A DNA stretch of 64,000 bases from Heterodontus francisci (lineage: Eukaryota). The notes beneath the pieces are model-generated. The model had not been told where the DNA came from, ran no database searches, and worked only from the letters and a program-made list of their open reading frames with translations. Positions 62,379 through 64,000 of this stretch are shown here, piece after piece (positions within the stretch are counted from its first letter, which is position 1; every line of letters begins with the position of its first letter). A program made the position numbers and the translations under genes. The stretch is taken from assembly GCF_036365525.1 (NCBI RefSeq), contig NC_090417.1:2590832-2654831 (forward strand). Direction: 5' to 3'.

Positions 62379-64000
62379 CTGTTGAAGAAGGGAAAGCAAA
62401 GAAAGAGAGAATCAGCAAAATACCATGGCTCGAGTGACTATCAGAGAATCATACAGCACAGGAGGCCAATTCAGCCCATCTTGCCTGTGCCAGAGCACAA
62501 AACACTGCTCTTTTAGTATCTTGGAAGTACAAAATGGTAGTTGCACCAGCATAGTTGCTGCAGTTATGTAAGCAAGTTCAAGGATACCACTCTTTCATTC
62601 GCAGACAAAGACTGACATTCCTCATGTTCATTTTGCTAGTTTTGATGGTCAGGGAGCAATTTTACAAAATACAGCCTCAGAAAGCTGGATATGTTTTAAA
62701 ATATCAATGTTTGTGAAAAGAATAGGCCTGCTGGGTTAAATGACATGGATAGGTTCAGTTCCAATCTCCCATCTTCAAGCCAAACCAAGTTTCGATATTG
62801 CTAACCTAATGAATAGTTACTATTTGCTAAATATGGCAACTATAACACAGTAACGTATGCACCACTTCAAGTAGTAGCAATACTGCACTCTTATGGTTAA
62901 AGTTTCCTGTTTGATTCATTCCAATCAAAAGAATACTGAAAGAAAGAATACTGAAATCAAAGAGGAGCACGTGCACGCAGCAAGTAAATGGAAAATGACC
63001 CTGGACTTCATGTGCAAACATTCTTGAATCAGAAGAACAGTAATGTGGATTTTTATGATATATTAATACAGAACAGATGGAAGTTGTGAGATGACAGTGG
63101 ACAATCCCAATGAGGAGTTTTTTTTTAATGGTCAGCTTTGATTATTCAAGTCTTCTCTTGCATGTTTCTTCCAAACTAGTTACAGGGCGACAGAGGCCGA
63201 TCACTCATTGTAGCATAAATAAATTGTTCAAGATCAGATAATAAATGCTTTACTGTATCTTTTCCTTTTGGCAGATCTGAGTTTGCTCTTGTAATATTGC
63301 TTTTTGTTGTGTTCTTTTATGTTGACAGTTAGCAATTAGTTTTCAAAGTGAAATAAAGATTGCTGGTATGCAAATCAGACTGTGGATTTTACAAGCCCAT
63401 GTGTTAACACAGCACCAATGAACATTCCAGTGTGTTTAATGATGAGAATAAAGAAAACTGATTTTAAAAAACCCAAGGCATACCCAAGTGCTTCAATCCA
63501 CCTCAGATCTCCCCATTGTTCCTCACAAGCACACTGGGATGCTCACTGCAATGAAACATACAACATGAACTTGCAATATTGCGGTGAGGTGAAACCGTTG
63601 TGCTCATTCGAGAAATATTGCCATTTATCCCATTCAATTGGGTCAATGGAATTCCTCTTTTACAACACTCAGTGAGTAACATGGATTTTACAATACAGCT
63701 CATGCAAAAGGTATAATTTTGTAATCGTCATGTAGAGTAATCCTCACTAAGCATTTTGTAGAAAGAGGAATGAAGAGCTTGGAAAAGCAATGATATTCAG
63801 AGTTCCAATGGACAGATTGTTGTCTCGAAGTTTTTATTTAAAAGTATTTGTGTTCTGCCTTTTCCTGGATCATTTCCTGTTGAATTAGTAGCAGTATCTC
63901 CTAGAAAGTGAGAAGTACAGTAACAAAATATGGACAGAAATAAAAATATAGAAGTATGATTTGTCATGCACACAAGAAGTGCGATGATTCAAATTAAGGA

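Noticed and set aside
62379-64000. Next upstream POLB exon (expected ...DTLSKG.TKFM)
   Set aside because: No matching sequence was seen on the - strand; it presumably lies beyond the window.

Overview
Vertebrate genomic DNA, most likely a cartilaginous fish (shark), judging by the repeat set: an HE1-type V-SINE, CR1/HER1-type LINEs, Deu-domain-type SINEs and Penelope-type tails. Two spliced genes lie tail-to-tail. On the + strand are three coding exons of a Dickkopf gene best matching DKK4 (5128-5278, 10977-11144, 24842-25095); the signal-peptide exon was not found and is probably upstream of the window. On the - strand are the last three coding exons of DNA polymerase beta, POLB (62314-62378, 53598-53737, 29367-29461). 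This is the same convergent POLB-DKK4 arrangement as in human. The large introns are filled with transposable elements: many CR1 fragments, young Tx1 and RTE LINEs with open ORFs and target-site duplications (TSDs), a decayed Harbinger transposon, a hAT MITE, solo LTRs and SINEs. There is also a two-variant minisatellite, an old ~1.85-kb tandem duplication with copy-specific insertions, and an inverted duplication with an internal micro-inversion. No prokaryotic-type system, CRISPR array, rRNA or tRNA gene is present. Most ORFs in the supplied track are TE fragments or chance ORFs. Homology calls are from recalled sequences and were not searched.
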